Shown here: positions 53,001 through 64,000 of the stretch, piece by piece
Layout: every line of letters starts with the position of its first letter
How positions within the stretch are numbered: the first letter of the stretch is position 1
Assembly (NCBI RefSeq): GCF_964204645.1
Contig: NC_134033.1
Span: 12,284,655-12,348,654, forward strand
Direction of reading: 5' to 3'
From: Tubulanus polymorphus
Taxonomy: Eukaryota; Animalia; Nemertea
DNA: 64,000 bases
Made by a program: the position numbers and the translations under genes
Notes under the pieces: model-generated
Database searches by the model: none
What the model was told of the DNA's origin: nothing
Seen by the model: only the letters and a program-made list of their open reading frames with translations

Positions 53001-53189
53001 ACACTGACACTGACAGTAAATCGGGGGGGGGGGGAAGAGCGGTGGCAGTTAGTAAGGTATATTTACCGTTCCGTACCTTTTAGATTCCTTCATTTTAAAC
53101 TGCCACTTTAAATGATTTACTCACTACGACCCCGGTAGAATAAGACATACGTACCGATTTTTGACAAGATCCTCCTCGTTTTCAGCCAT
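35078..53189 (-). CDS. RUBCN: Rubicon (RUN domain and Cys-rich RH/DUF4206 domain, Beclin-1-interacting)
   Basis: RUN exons 53189-53155, 50809-50656 (LKTTAEGLL...[13 protein letters not shown]), 50574-50355 and 42571-42465. Ser-rich exons at ~41.7-40.4 kb; [21 protein letters not shown] at ~39.9-39.5 kb. RH domain [14 protein letters not shown]...[11 protein letters not shown] (36.5 kb) and [12 protein letters not shown]...CPKCARI (35.5 kb); stop at 35078. Some internal boundaries are approximate. Confidence 0.92.
35982..36230 (+). mobile_element. tRNA-derived SINE-like element in a Rubicon intron
   Basis: A box TAGCCAAGTGG, B box GGTTCAGATCC, and an internally duplicated ATAATA.CCC.GAGTGG.GCTCAG. 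Confidence 0.5.
42650..42950. repeat. Imperfect ~44-bp tandem array (CCACACAACTGTGGAACTGGATCCAGAGTC), related to a MITE end
   Basis: Repeated motif is visible; related sequence on the opposite strand at ~22220-22340 and at 51402-51505. Confidence 0.6.
45411..45453 (+). ncRNA. Minimal type I hammerhead ribozyme (Penelope-like element type)
   Basis: ACAC-CTGACGA-T-GATCT-ctagggtt-AGATC-GAAA-CGTC-GTGT: intact core, stems I and II, palindromic ACGT in place of stem III, GUC cleavage triplet. Confidence 0.8.
47115..47393 (-). CDS. Candidate alternative Rubicon exon (279 nt, phase 1-1)
   Basis: TTTCAG acceptor, G|GTAAGT donor, stop-free in the frame of the flanking RUN exons, and CpG-rich like the true exons here. 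Confidence 0.55.
50931..51170. mobile_element. Palindromic MITE
   Basis: GGGCCAACTTCGGTT...AACCGAAGGTGGCCC termini with internal TAGTCGACTA repeats. Confidence 0.65.
51506..52803. mobile_element. 1.3-kb foldback DNA transposon with ~540-bp TIRs and 8-bp TSD
   Basis: GTGGAACT|CACAGGGACTTGTCAC...GTGACAAGTCCCTGTG|GTGGAACT; the arms are nearly identical over several hundred bp. Confidence 0.92.
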
Positions 53190-53463
53190 TTTGTTAGTTA
53201 CGGAAATCCCTGATAGGAGGCGATATTTAACACATTTGTTTAACGCTGGATGTAGCAAAAGTAGCCAGTGTCGGATGCAGGCTGAAAAAAAACTAACTAA
53301 GAACGACTCTAATTCATGAACTCACGCCAATATCATTGTAAGTTAGGAGATTATAGTTAGTGAGAAACAATAATTTCATTTTGGCAGTTTAAAACCATGT
53401 TCAACTATTGACCTATTTATTGTGTAATGACGTCATTCTGGGAAACGCGGAAATCAACGCAAG
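53190..53463. promoter_or_regulatory. Bidirectional promoter RUBCN/SPRYD7
   Basis: Divergent ATGs at 53189(-) and 53464(+); TGACGTCA at 53428; YY1-like AAGATGGCGGC and AAAATGGC at the two starts. Confidence 0.75.
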
Positions 53464-55927
53464 ATGGCGGCTTGTTTTTGTTGTTTTCGATGCTGTTGGA
53501 ATGGAACCGGTTTTAACGCCGGCCACGTACGCTTGAAAGAACTACCCGAAGTTAAATTAGATACAACATCAATGGGTAATCTCTTAGGGCTGTAGCTCGT
53601 GGCAGAGCCCGGCCTTTCATTTTCATATGGCGCCCCTTTTCATTTCATCCTAGGCCCCTCACTAGTACTAACTTAACTAACTAAATTTACGGATTGCGTT
53701 CCACCACCGGATATGAAAACAATGGTTTATTCAGCATGTTATTCAGACTGCATAGTTTCACTTGTCGTAATAAGACCAAAGGATTAAGAGAAAAATATCC
53801 GGTCCAAATATTCTAAAGATTAAAGAGGAAAATCTCAAAAAATCAATCCCAAACAAAAATAAATAAATAGCCCTTTGCAGTCAGTATATCCGGAAAATAT
53901 GTAAAATATGACTCTAGAAGGTATTTATTACTGATATAACATGATTTCAAGTGTTAAAATCGATAAGGTATAAATAGATATGTTCCTATTTCATGTCATC
54001 TCGGTTGATCTCAGTTCATCTCGGTAAATTACGTCATCTCGGTAAAAAGGAGGACCCTCCTGTAGGTCTGGAGAGGTCTTGTTGACCCCGTCTTACTCTT
54101 ACCCATGTTGATTGTTGCCTATTGTTTATTTATATTTTTTCTCGATATTTTCATAGGAAATGATGTCGTAATTGTTAAGAACGGACGTCGAATCTGCGGT
54201 ACCGGCGCAGCTCTGGCAAGCGCCCCTCTCGTACAGAACAAAGCCTTTTTCGAAATCAAAATTCAATCAACAGGTGTGTATCAGTTGCGATGTGCTTAGA
54301 TTTCGATGAGAATCAGTTTTTTTTATTTACGACCTCATCCTGAGTCTAAGCCCATTTTTGTTTTATGACTTATACCTTAAGATTATTGTAAATCCGAACC
54401 GAGGTCTAGGTTTCGACGACAATCTTCAAATTTTAGCCTTCGAACTAGGATCCGTGCCGGTGAGCCTGGTTCTAAAACTTGACATTTATTCTAAAGTTTA
54501 TTAGATTCGGGTTTTTTTTTCCGTTTCGACAGGTGTCTGGGGCGTTGGCGTGGCGACGAAGAAATGCGACGTTCAGAAAGTTCCGCTCGGTACCGACACG
54601 GAATCATGGGTTCTACGACACACGGGCTTCATTCATCACGGCAACGAACAAATCATCAAACTTTCCGAATGTCCACAAGAGGGCGACATTGTGGTTAATG
54701 TCTATTTATTAATTGATGAGACCTGTTTTTCTGGGATATTTTGCTTACTTTTTGGGGTACATACCTCATTTATGTCTTAACAGAATGCCAAAAATCGCGG
54801 ACAACAACTGAATATCCGATATATTTCCAGTTCTGTACCAATTAGATGGATTGGCAAAAAGACTCCTTAAGTCCAGTTGAATGAGAGAGAAAATCCTCCA
54901 TTTTGTCAAATTTCTTGGATTTGAACATTGTTACCATGCCTACGCCACCCTGATATAGTTGTTGAGACCCCACAAGAAAAATAACTTCATTTCGTAGGCA
55001 TGGTGACAATGTAAAAATTCAAGAAATTTCACAAAATGGAGGATTTTCTCTCTCATTCAACTGGACTTAAGGAGTCTTTTTGCCAATCCATCTAATTGGT
55101 ACAGAACTGGAAATATATCGGATATTCAGTTGTTGTCCGCGATTTTTGGCATTCTGTTAAGACATAAATGAGGTATGTACCCCAAAAACTAAGCAATATA
55201 TCCCAGAAAAACAGGTCTCATCAATTAATAAATAGACATTAGTATTGACGGCCGTAGATTGACTGCCTCGTAACTTGAAGTGTCAAAACTCTCGACTGAA
55301 ATTGTGATTTTTCTCTTATTTATAGGGTTTAACTTACGATCACATTGAGTTGAATTTCTATTTAAATGGTAAAGCGCTGCATTGTCCAGTGACCGGTATT
55401 AAGGGCACATTTTATCCAGTCCTTTACGGTAAGATCACGGTTCGAAGATGCTGGTAACATCAGCTATATTTTGGGTTGGGGTGATTCGTAGAAATACCTA
55501 CACACCCTTGGGAAGGGGGTGCAGAGATGGGGAGGGGTTAATTGGTGAATTACCGCACTAAGGGATGTTCTAGGATCACGAGGGCTGAAAATGCAAAGTT
55601 TTTTTTGGGGGATTAGGGGTCCACCCATTAAATTTTCAAATTCTAGAGAAAGCAAAACATAGCCCCCAACCCCCACCGCCCTTTTCAGCGGTCCCGGCAT
55701 AATGCTTGAAATTTTAAAAATGAGAAAGAGAAAATTGTGGCTTCCCTTTATGTAATGACTAATGTTTTCACACATGACAATCAGAATTTGGAAACCTTTC
55801 CCTATTTATATGATGCGTTTCTGTTTCAGTGGATGAAGGCGCCATCTTAGACGCACAGTTTTCGAATTTCTACCACGTTGCCCCGGAAGGTTTCGAACAG
55901 ATTATGGTCGAACAATCGTTACTATAG
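53464..55927 (+). CDS. SPRYD7: SPRY domain-containing protein 7
   Basis: Exons 53464-53575, 54157-54273, 54533-54693, 55326-55428, 55830-55927. MAACFCCFRCC...DVVIVKNGRRICGTG...KIQSTGVWG...PQEGDIVGLTYDHIELN...YPVLYVDEGAILD...GFEQIMVEQSLL*. Confidence 0.95.
54698..55239. mobile_element. Foldback MITE, 247-bp TIRs, TA TSD (Tc1/mariner-type)
   Basis: Arms 54698-54944 and 54993-55239 are near-perfect reverse complements around a 48-bp spacer; TA on both sides. Confidence 0.92.
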
Positions 55928-56727
55928 CCACTGATCACCACCAGGTGGCGATACAGTGTTTATTATTGTCGTATGTTGGTTGTGATGGCGACTGATTGAG
56001 ATTCAATTTTCGTCTGTACGCGATGTCGCGAAACTATTGAAAATTAATCTTTATTTCTGAAGCTGCTGCAGGCTGTTAGGTATTTATATATGTACTGTAA
56101 AGAATGCCCCGAAATGATGTCCGGCTGAAACAAAACAATCAAATCTTGACGATCACATTTTGAAAAAGTTTTGATAGAATATTTGGCAACCTTAGTACGT
56201 GTATTGTAACATTGTGGGTTAATTATCAATCAAAACTATGTTCGGTGTAATCTGAATGCCAGACGATCTCACATATTAAGCGTTGACTGAGGTGGATATA
56301 GAGGGTGAACTCGGAGGTGCCCTGGTTTTGCGTCGTGGTAGGCCTTTTCGTCAAGACTCAAATAGTTTAAACCTGCAAATTTGACGCTTATCCTCTCAAG
56401 ATTTTCATCGTTCAGGATGGATTTTTTCAAAGCTATCGAACTAAACACCCAGGTTTGGCCCCGGCTAGTGGCCCTTGAAATGGCTGCTTTATCAGAAGGA
56501 ATGCCTGTTCTGGACCCCGGCCTTTCAATTTTCCTGGATCCATCCCTGAGTAGAACCCCTTTTACGGGAACAACGGCGAGTTACTTGACTAGGTGTGAGG
56601 TGTTGAGCACACGTGTGAAGCGTGCACGAACCTAAAATTTATAGAAAGGTGATGAAGTCAAATGTCGTAGGGTGTGTACACTCATGTAGCAGTTTTTACA
56701 TGAAACTGCATCTCCCATTCATACAAG

Positions 56728-57435
56728 AGTGAAACTAGCTTAAGTCGTTGACCGACCAGTTGTCTCAAGTCATCTCAAAACCTGCAGTGTTGATGATTTA
56801 ACAATTTGTTCTCACAGTTTTGCTTCATCGTCAGAGAAACCAAAGAAAAAAGAAACTGGTGGCAAAAGTTTAGTCAAGATTTGGAAGCCATCACGGAATG
56901 AATTGTTATATCATCATCTGTGTGTTTGCCTATCTGTGACTATATATTATTAGTTTAAGTTTTAAGTTTATTGAAATAGACCATCGTGGTCCTTAATTTC
57001 ATTACAATAAATTTCTATAAATACAATACGTTTAATACAATACATTACATTTCGGAAAATATGAAATATAATATGTACTAACGCCGTTTCTATAACCGCA
57101 CCCGTCAATTTGTAAAGTAGTAAATTCGAGGATTTAACAACATGATTGAATTCTTTTCAGACCTAAGAAACAGTATTTACCTAATTTTAGCAATTCGTTC
57201 TCGTTCTGTGTACTCAATAACTGAATAGATTTATGTACAGATGGGTATCTATAATAATAAGGTTTTAACGATTATAAAAATCGATTTTACAAATCGGCCG
57301 ATCCTAAAGGAAGTGAAACTAGCTTAAGTCTGATAAGTCGTCTCTATATTGACGAGCAACGCCTGCAGTGTTGATTATTTAACAATTTATTTTGACATTT
57401 TCGAAGTTTTGACTAAACTTCATCGTCGGAGAAAC
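56728..57435 (-). mobile_element. Two degenerate direct repeats, each with a broken hammerhead (Penelope pLTR-like remnants)
   Basis: Copies ~56728-56840 and ~57312-57435. The minus strand reads CTGACGATGAAG (copy 1) and CCGACGAT-GAAGTTT-agtca-AAACTTC-GAAAATGTC (copy 2). Confidence 0.55.
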
Positions 57436-57446
57436 GAAAATAACAA

Positions 57447-57741
57447 AGCTGATTATAAGATTGAAAACCTACTAAGTACAAACTAAAAGAATTTTAAAAT
57501 CGAGAATTTATTCATTCAAAACATCTAAAATATAAATGAATGAATAAACTTTTGATTTTGAATTGTTTTACATAGGATGTACTAACATAGCTGATTATAA
57601 GATTGAAAACCCACTAAGTACAAACTAAAAGAATTTTAATATCGAGAATTTATTCATTCAAAAAATCTAAAATATAAATGAATGAATAAACTGATTTTAA
57701 ATTAAATTCTTTTACATAGGATGTACTAACATAGCTGATTA
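57447..57741. repeat. ~142-bp tandem duplication (2 units plus a fragment)
   Basis: AGCTGATTATAAGATTGAAAACC begins at ~57447 and ~57589; a partial third start at ~57733. Confidence 0.85.
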
Positions 57742-58156
57742 TTTCTGAATACTGTGATTATTATCAGTGCACCACCAGTCTCTATATTGTCGCTATATTT
57801 TTGTGTCAAGATTCGTACTATATTTGCAGTACTTCTGCTAAATGTATCTAATGTTGTCATTTACAATAACAGGGCCGTACGTACGTAGCATTTTAATTTT
57901 GGGGGGCAGAGAGGATCCCGAAAAGGGGCAGTTCTATTGGATATATAGCGATGATATTTGTAAAAAGTGGCACTTTTCCTAAATTTCTGGCAACTGCCCG
58001 CTGCCCCAACTAGATACGGCCCTTTCAAAATACGACAAAAAGCGAGTTTCATAATTGTCAAAATATCTTTAACGTTCCTTTTATATTCTTGTTTATGAAA
58101 TGCATTTACGAGTTGTATGAGTTGTAAATACATCAGTTGTAAATTATCATTATTAC

Positions 58157-58157
<1 letters not shown>

Positions 58158-58206
<49 letters not shown>
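58158..58206. repeat. (ATT)n microsatellite
   Basis: Direct reading. Confidence 0.95.
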
Positions 58207-58208
<2 letters not shown>

Positions 58209-59372
58209 ATTATGATAATTTGTGTAAAGAGTCGTCGTCAAATGATTAAATTGAATAATGAATCGTGTAAATAAAAAATGCTCGTATCGAACGTGTGAAG
58301 ATCTCCTTTCTCTCGATTTTTTTCTCGCTGTTTTCTTGGATGCGTTCGATTTGAAAGCCACACTCGTTGAGTTCGGGCTTGTCACGATAGCTAGCTTGGA
58401 TTCCAAAATTGATGATTCGACCCAGTACCCCTCTATGTACCACCTATTCTTTTATTTATATGTGGTACCTAGGGTACTGGGTGGAATCTTTGATTTGGAA
58501 CCGCAGCTATCGTGACAAGCAGTCTGTGGATTTGGAGCTCGGGTGTCAATATTGCCCTAAATCAGGCTCGATCCAGGATATTTCAGATTTATTTTGTTGT
58601 ATATTTCTATATTTCTTGTATACTATTTTGAATCAAGGAAAAATAAGTGTCATGTACAGTATATACGTATATTAAGTCAAGATCCCTGAGTCGTTCCCCG
58701 CAGCTGTGGTGGGTTTGTGCATGGACTATTTGTCCTGGTTTGTGTTTGTTTGAGGAAGCTCTAGAAATTTACGACTTCGGGGCCGGGTATTTGCATAGTA
58801 TCCGCACTGACTCTGTCTTGGAGGGTTTTACAAAAAAATTACGTACCAAGAGGAATTTAGCTTTTATAGGGTCAGTCCATCATGATATGGTACTCAAGGT
58901 GCGGTGGTGCTAGACAAATGATTTTGAATGCAAGTGGGTACAATAAAAGGCAGTTTTACGTACCGATAATAATTTTGTTTTAACCGTCTTAACAAGATAA
59001 CATATATCCCTGTTTTACGAATCGTGTATACGCACCAACATTTCTCTTTTTGCTGACTGAAAAAAGCTGACGTTACGTTTTTTTTTTTTTGAGATTTTAA
59101 CATGTGCGCGACTGTGACTGGCTGTTCGGTGACAAAGCCTGTACCCGCGAGACATTTTACGTTGGACTGTTTGATGTACGTCGAAACCTCGGCTGATTAA
59201 ATTAAGAATGTTTAAAAGTTTTGATTAGCCACAGCGCACAAATGCTGAATTGAATAGAAACATAAATGGATTGTACGATTCACCCCGGACACCGCCCGAA
59301 AACTATTTGCAAACATCCATCAATTCATTAGAATGCATTTCTATAGATGCTCAATTAAGAATGCGCATTTTA

Positions 59373-59570
<198 letters not shown>

Positions 59571-62500
59571 GTATTTATTGTTAAATATATATGTATTTAT
59601 TCCTAAAAACATATATGTATATTTACTGTTGGATATAGACATGTATTTATTCCTAGATATATATGTATTTTTACCAAAAAAAAATAGAAAATAAAAACAA
59701 TTCATATTTTTATACGTAGACGTCCCAATGAAGTTCGAAAATGTATGAAAACCTCCTAGCTAAAAATACCAATCTGCAAAGTAGATAAAAACCTCTGATG
59801 AAAAGAATTTAAAAACATACAACGTGAAGGTCAATCTATTCGTATTCGTGTATTCAATTTATTCATATTTTACTCAGTTACATAAGAATGATTTGAGCAT
59901 CGAGTTTACAATTTGAATCGAGAAATATTATAGCACCCTGAGATTTCCGCTTTGCAAGCACAAGGGTAACTACGTTAAAAATCCTTAAGTAATATATCGG
60001 AGAGACGAGGCTGGACATCCAACCCGCTCAAAAGCTACAACTCGAATGTCTGATTTCTTTCAACAAATTTTCCACCAGGATACTATCACATAAGACACCA
60101 AGGGTGGCAGAGACCAGAAGGCCGTTATCAAAACAATACAAACTGACTGACACTTCAAGCACATTTCTAAAACATACAAACAGTCCGAGACTCCAAAACT
60201 GATTGCCACCCTGCCCCCTTAGTAACATCAATGAAAATAAGACAATATTTGTAAAATAAGAAATAGAAATCATAACTAGACCTAAAAATGATCTGTTGAT
60301 TTAGACTAAATTAAGTTAAATATCTACGCTGTTATAATATTACAAACTCTCAGTTCAATAGAATTCAATTATAGTATAAGTTATTGCACAATGTTTTTAT
60401 ATATTGCTAACTACTGCGTTATTTAAGGGGCACTGTGTCTGATTCGATGTGCACTACGTCATCATTATTGTCGGTTTAACATGACAATGATTGACATGTG
60501 TATTGGGGTTTATTTTGTTAATAAGATTTTATGACTCTCTTTTTGTCCATTTAAAAAATTTGCATAGCTTTTTAACGATGGATTTTATTGGCAATTAGAA
60601 AAGTGTGGGAGTGGACGTTCACTACGTCATCAATATCGGGGCGTTTCAAAATAACAATTAACGTTACAATTTACAATTGTATCTAGGGGTGTCATGGGGT
60701 TCCACCCCCTCCCTAAAATGTCGAGGCCCCTTAGGGTTCCATCCTCAAATATTCCGGACTGAATATTTTCGAAGAATATTTAAGAAAGATCAAAATTATG
60801 ATCTATCAACTGAAAAAATACTAACATGTAATTGTGGCAATAACTGGCTATTTTATCAATTAAAGAAGATCTAAAAAAAATCACCTGTCATCTTCTTACG
60901 TAATTTAATTCGTGAAAAAAGAATCCCCGGTAAATAGATAAAATATATTTGTGTATGTGAACAACGAAATTCCAGAATAGGCCCTTAATTGGGAGTGTGG
61001 ACACCTCCTTTCCATTGACCCTGGATCCGCCCCAGAATTGGCGCGTTTCATTAATTAAATTTCTAATAATGGAATTAGGGCATTCTGACATAATGGAGTG
61101 ATTACTTGCTTTGAAGTAAGCGGAGAAGGAGAATTTCAATTTTCAACTTAACGTACCTTGGAAAATCGGGGATTTTTACTAAAGTAAGTTTACCCCAAAA
61201 AATTGTAATTCCGAAATTTGGAGATTTCATGAACTACGTTCATTTTCTCTTCATGAGAGTATATAGAAACCTGTCAACGCGTGTTCAGCCATTCACACTC
61301 AATTCAGATCAATTTTGATTTTTCATGAATATTCATTAAAAAAGCGAGTATTTTTCATTCGTTCCATATTAATCGACCTTGGGACTTCGTTGAATTTAAA
61401 TACATATCCGGGCTCGTATCCCATGACGTTGTCATTTTACTCGGGGTTTTACTAGAAATAGTCGCAAGATTTGAGGGTTTAACAATCAAAAAGATCGCAA
61501 TGGGATAATCTAGGGTCAAACTTAGGAAGCATCTCGGTGGACATAAAGGGTATAAAGAGCAAAAAATATTTTTTCCAGTTCTTTGTTGTTCCCGGTTGTT
61601 TTTTTTTTGTATGACGGAACCGGTAATTTCCAACTAGTATTTTTCACCGACCTATACTGTGACTTCTTTAGATTAGAAGAAACATACATTTAGCATTATT
61701 CAAGTTTTTGCTTCTCGGGGACACATACCCTAGGTTTTGAGAACCTCGAAAATGAATGGTAAACCTAGTCTTATAAGAGTCTTATAAGAGTTAATGAGGG
61801 GACGAATATGTAATACATGTTTCTAAACAACTTATTCGGATTCGTGTAATTCGGATTTCATTTTGCCCCAGGCGTCCTATACGTAGCTATACGTAGCTAT
61901 ATATAAATATCTCATAAACCGATTTCAATTTCTTCGGTGCCGCATATGATCTAAATTATGCGAGCTTCAGGGGCCGTCGATCCACAGGCCAATTTTGAAG
62001 AACTTGTCACATATTCCAAAAGGCCACTTCGATGTCCTAAAAAGGCAATACCATAAGCATACGCACTCCTGCGCTGAAATGTACCATAGACGTATAATCT
62101 AGATTAGGATGCACTAATCTATTGCTTATTGACAAAATGGAAAATTTGGCAGACTTGTACAAGTCTCACAAGCCCCCCGCCCCTTGTATCTGCCCCTACA
62201 TTTGACTGAATACTTTAGGCCCTAAAACCACACAGTTTTGCTTCAGAATGATATCATTGCGACATTCGAGTAGCCCCAATAGGCGAAGGTTATATAAACA
62301 TTCAACAGCCTGAAAAGATTGTTATCGGGGTACATTATTCCTGATGCCGGAAGAATGCTTACACAACTGAAATTTTGTATAGGAAAAAACTTTCAGAAAT
62401 CGCTTCTTCGATTCCTGTTCATCTTTAGTTTCTGTAACTATTTTGAACATACGTATTTTGATTTTGGAAACCGAAAAATAAAATAAATATGTATATATGT

Positions 62501-62672
62501 TTTTGATATTTCTATCCGCCCGGACGTGAATTCATTTTAGCACGAAAAAGATTAATCTCATTTGAACCAATTGGGTAAAATGTCTATGATTGGCTAAGAC
62601 ATAAATAGTTACTTTGCAATACGGGAAGATATTGTTTGGCGGACACGTTTGAGCGACGGATCCGTTAAGGAA

Positions 62673-63920
62673 ATGACACGTCAAAAAGTTGTGATAATCC
62701 TTGTTTTGCTGATCTGGCAAAATCAGACCGATGCTTCGGTTTACCAGCAGGGCGAGTCGTCCGCACAACCGCCTGTAGTTACTGTCGTCAGTTCGTCTTC
62801 TTGCAACAACACATGGCACGTCATCGATTCTACGTCTGGTTACATCGTTTCACCGAACTATCCGTCTCTAACGCGTGGCGTTGTATGCCGTTGGTTCGTC
62901 AACAGCTCTTTACCGGGTACGTTTCACGTCCAAGTTTACATCGACATCGAGCCGTCGATATACTGTAGAGATAACTTCCTTCGCGTCGGCGATTCTGATA
63001 ACGTACTGTGCGGCGATAGAAAACTAGATATTTACCGCAGTAATTCGTTCTCGCCGATGTTTAAGTGTGACACGAACGTCGCTCGGGGATGTCGAGTTTA
63101 TGTAATCTATCGTTTCGAGGAAAAACGCAGTCGTTTGAAAACTGTCCACGACTGTAGTTCATGGAATCTTAGACGATTGACAACGCAGCAAACCGGTTAC
63201 AAAGTTGCGATTAGAATGAACGCACGTTGTCATCGCTTGCGCTTTGAATGGCTCGGTCTATCAAGCGGCTTCGGTTTGAATTTAACTTTTGAAAATTTCG
63301 ATTTCAAATTAAACCCGAGTTCAGATTTCGCGTCTATTCAAATTTACGACGGATCGAACTCAAGTGAACCTATAATCGGCATGCGGGAACAAACGGGACA
63401 TCCGCCATTCTGTGTTTACACGAAAACTAACAAAGCTGTCGTCACTTTATTGTTGTCAGATAAAAAACAAACAATCAGTGTAATAACTAATCTCTCCATA
63501 CACATTCATAAACTTTCAGATTGGAACATTTCTAATCCATCGATTCCGATCTTTTATAACAAATCCGGAGTGCTCGTTCCCGGTGATAGGCCGTACGTAA
63601 TAACTCAGTCTAAACACTTGTACTGTTGGTCCATCAGAGCTGAAATACTGCAGTACGTCGTCTTCAACTGGACACGTGATGTCATCGCATCCGGTGACGT
63701 CATCGGCGTATTCAAACTCGAAGGTTCGTTGATCGTCGGAACAGATATCCTACTCGGCGAAAACTATCTGAAATCGTTAAGTGTGAAATCGGATGGATTT
63801 TTAGTGACGTTGTGTTTACTATCATCGGAGAATTCGGTCGTTTCTTCGCTGTGGAATTTAACGATCGGCTACAAAATAGAATCGTTGAACATCACAGAAG
63901 TCGAGGTGGAAAATCGAAAA
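62673..63920 (+). CDS. CUB-domain secreted/membrane protein, first coding exon (gene probably continues past the window)
   Basis: Signal peptide MTRQKVVIILVLLIWQNQTDA; CUB motifs SGYIVSPNYP...CRWFV...CRDNFLRV...LCG and LTFENFDF...IQIYDGSNSSEPIIG; a third degenerate unit; donor AAA|GTGAGT at 63921. Confidence 0.78.
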
Positions 63921-64000
63921 GTGAGTATCAGCATTATTTGTCAAACGTACATTGATTGTCACTAGAAACGAGAAATCAAAATAAATGTCTCTTGCTCACC

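Noticed and set aside
57861-58406. 181-aa poly-Asn ORF
   Set aside because: Spans an (ATT)n microsatellite and repeat fragments; no splice or domain support.

Overview
Eukaryotic, AT-rich, intron-dense invertebrate (probably bilaterian) genomic DNA; the species cannot be fixed from sequence alone. Genes were rebuilt by hand from GT-AG splice sites, so the ORF track shows only fragments. In order: a head-to-head pair of small secreted six-cysteine peptide genes resembling sea-anemone beta-defensin-fold toxins (BDS/APETx/crassicorin type) but with a shifted Cys framework (5.8-8.9 kb); GPALPP1 with an expanded 63-bp coding repeat; a ~1220-aa secreted protein with three divergent vWA domains, four small Cys loops and a duplicated Gly/Ser-rich tail; FAM122/PABIR (-); Rubicon (-) with a candidate in-frame exon inside the RUN domain; SPRYD7 (+), sharing a ~275-bp bidirectional promoter with Rubicon; and the start of a multi-CUB secreted or receptor gene. 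Non-coding DNA holds many MITE/foldback transposons (TTAA, TA, 5-bp and 8-bp target duplications), tRNA-derived SINE-like elements, Penelope-type minimal hammerhead ribozymes and satellites. Family assignments rest on recalled motifs, not on database searches.
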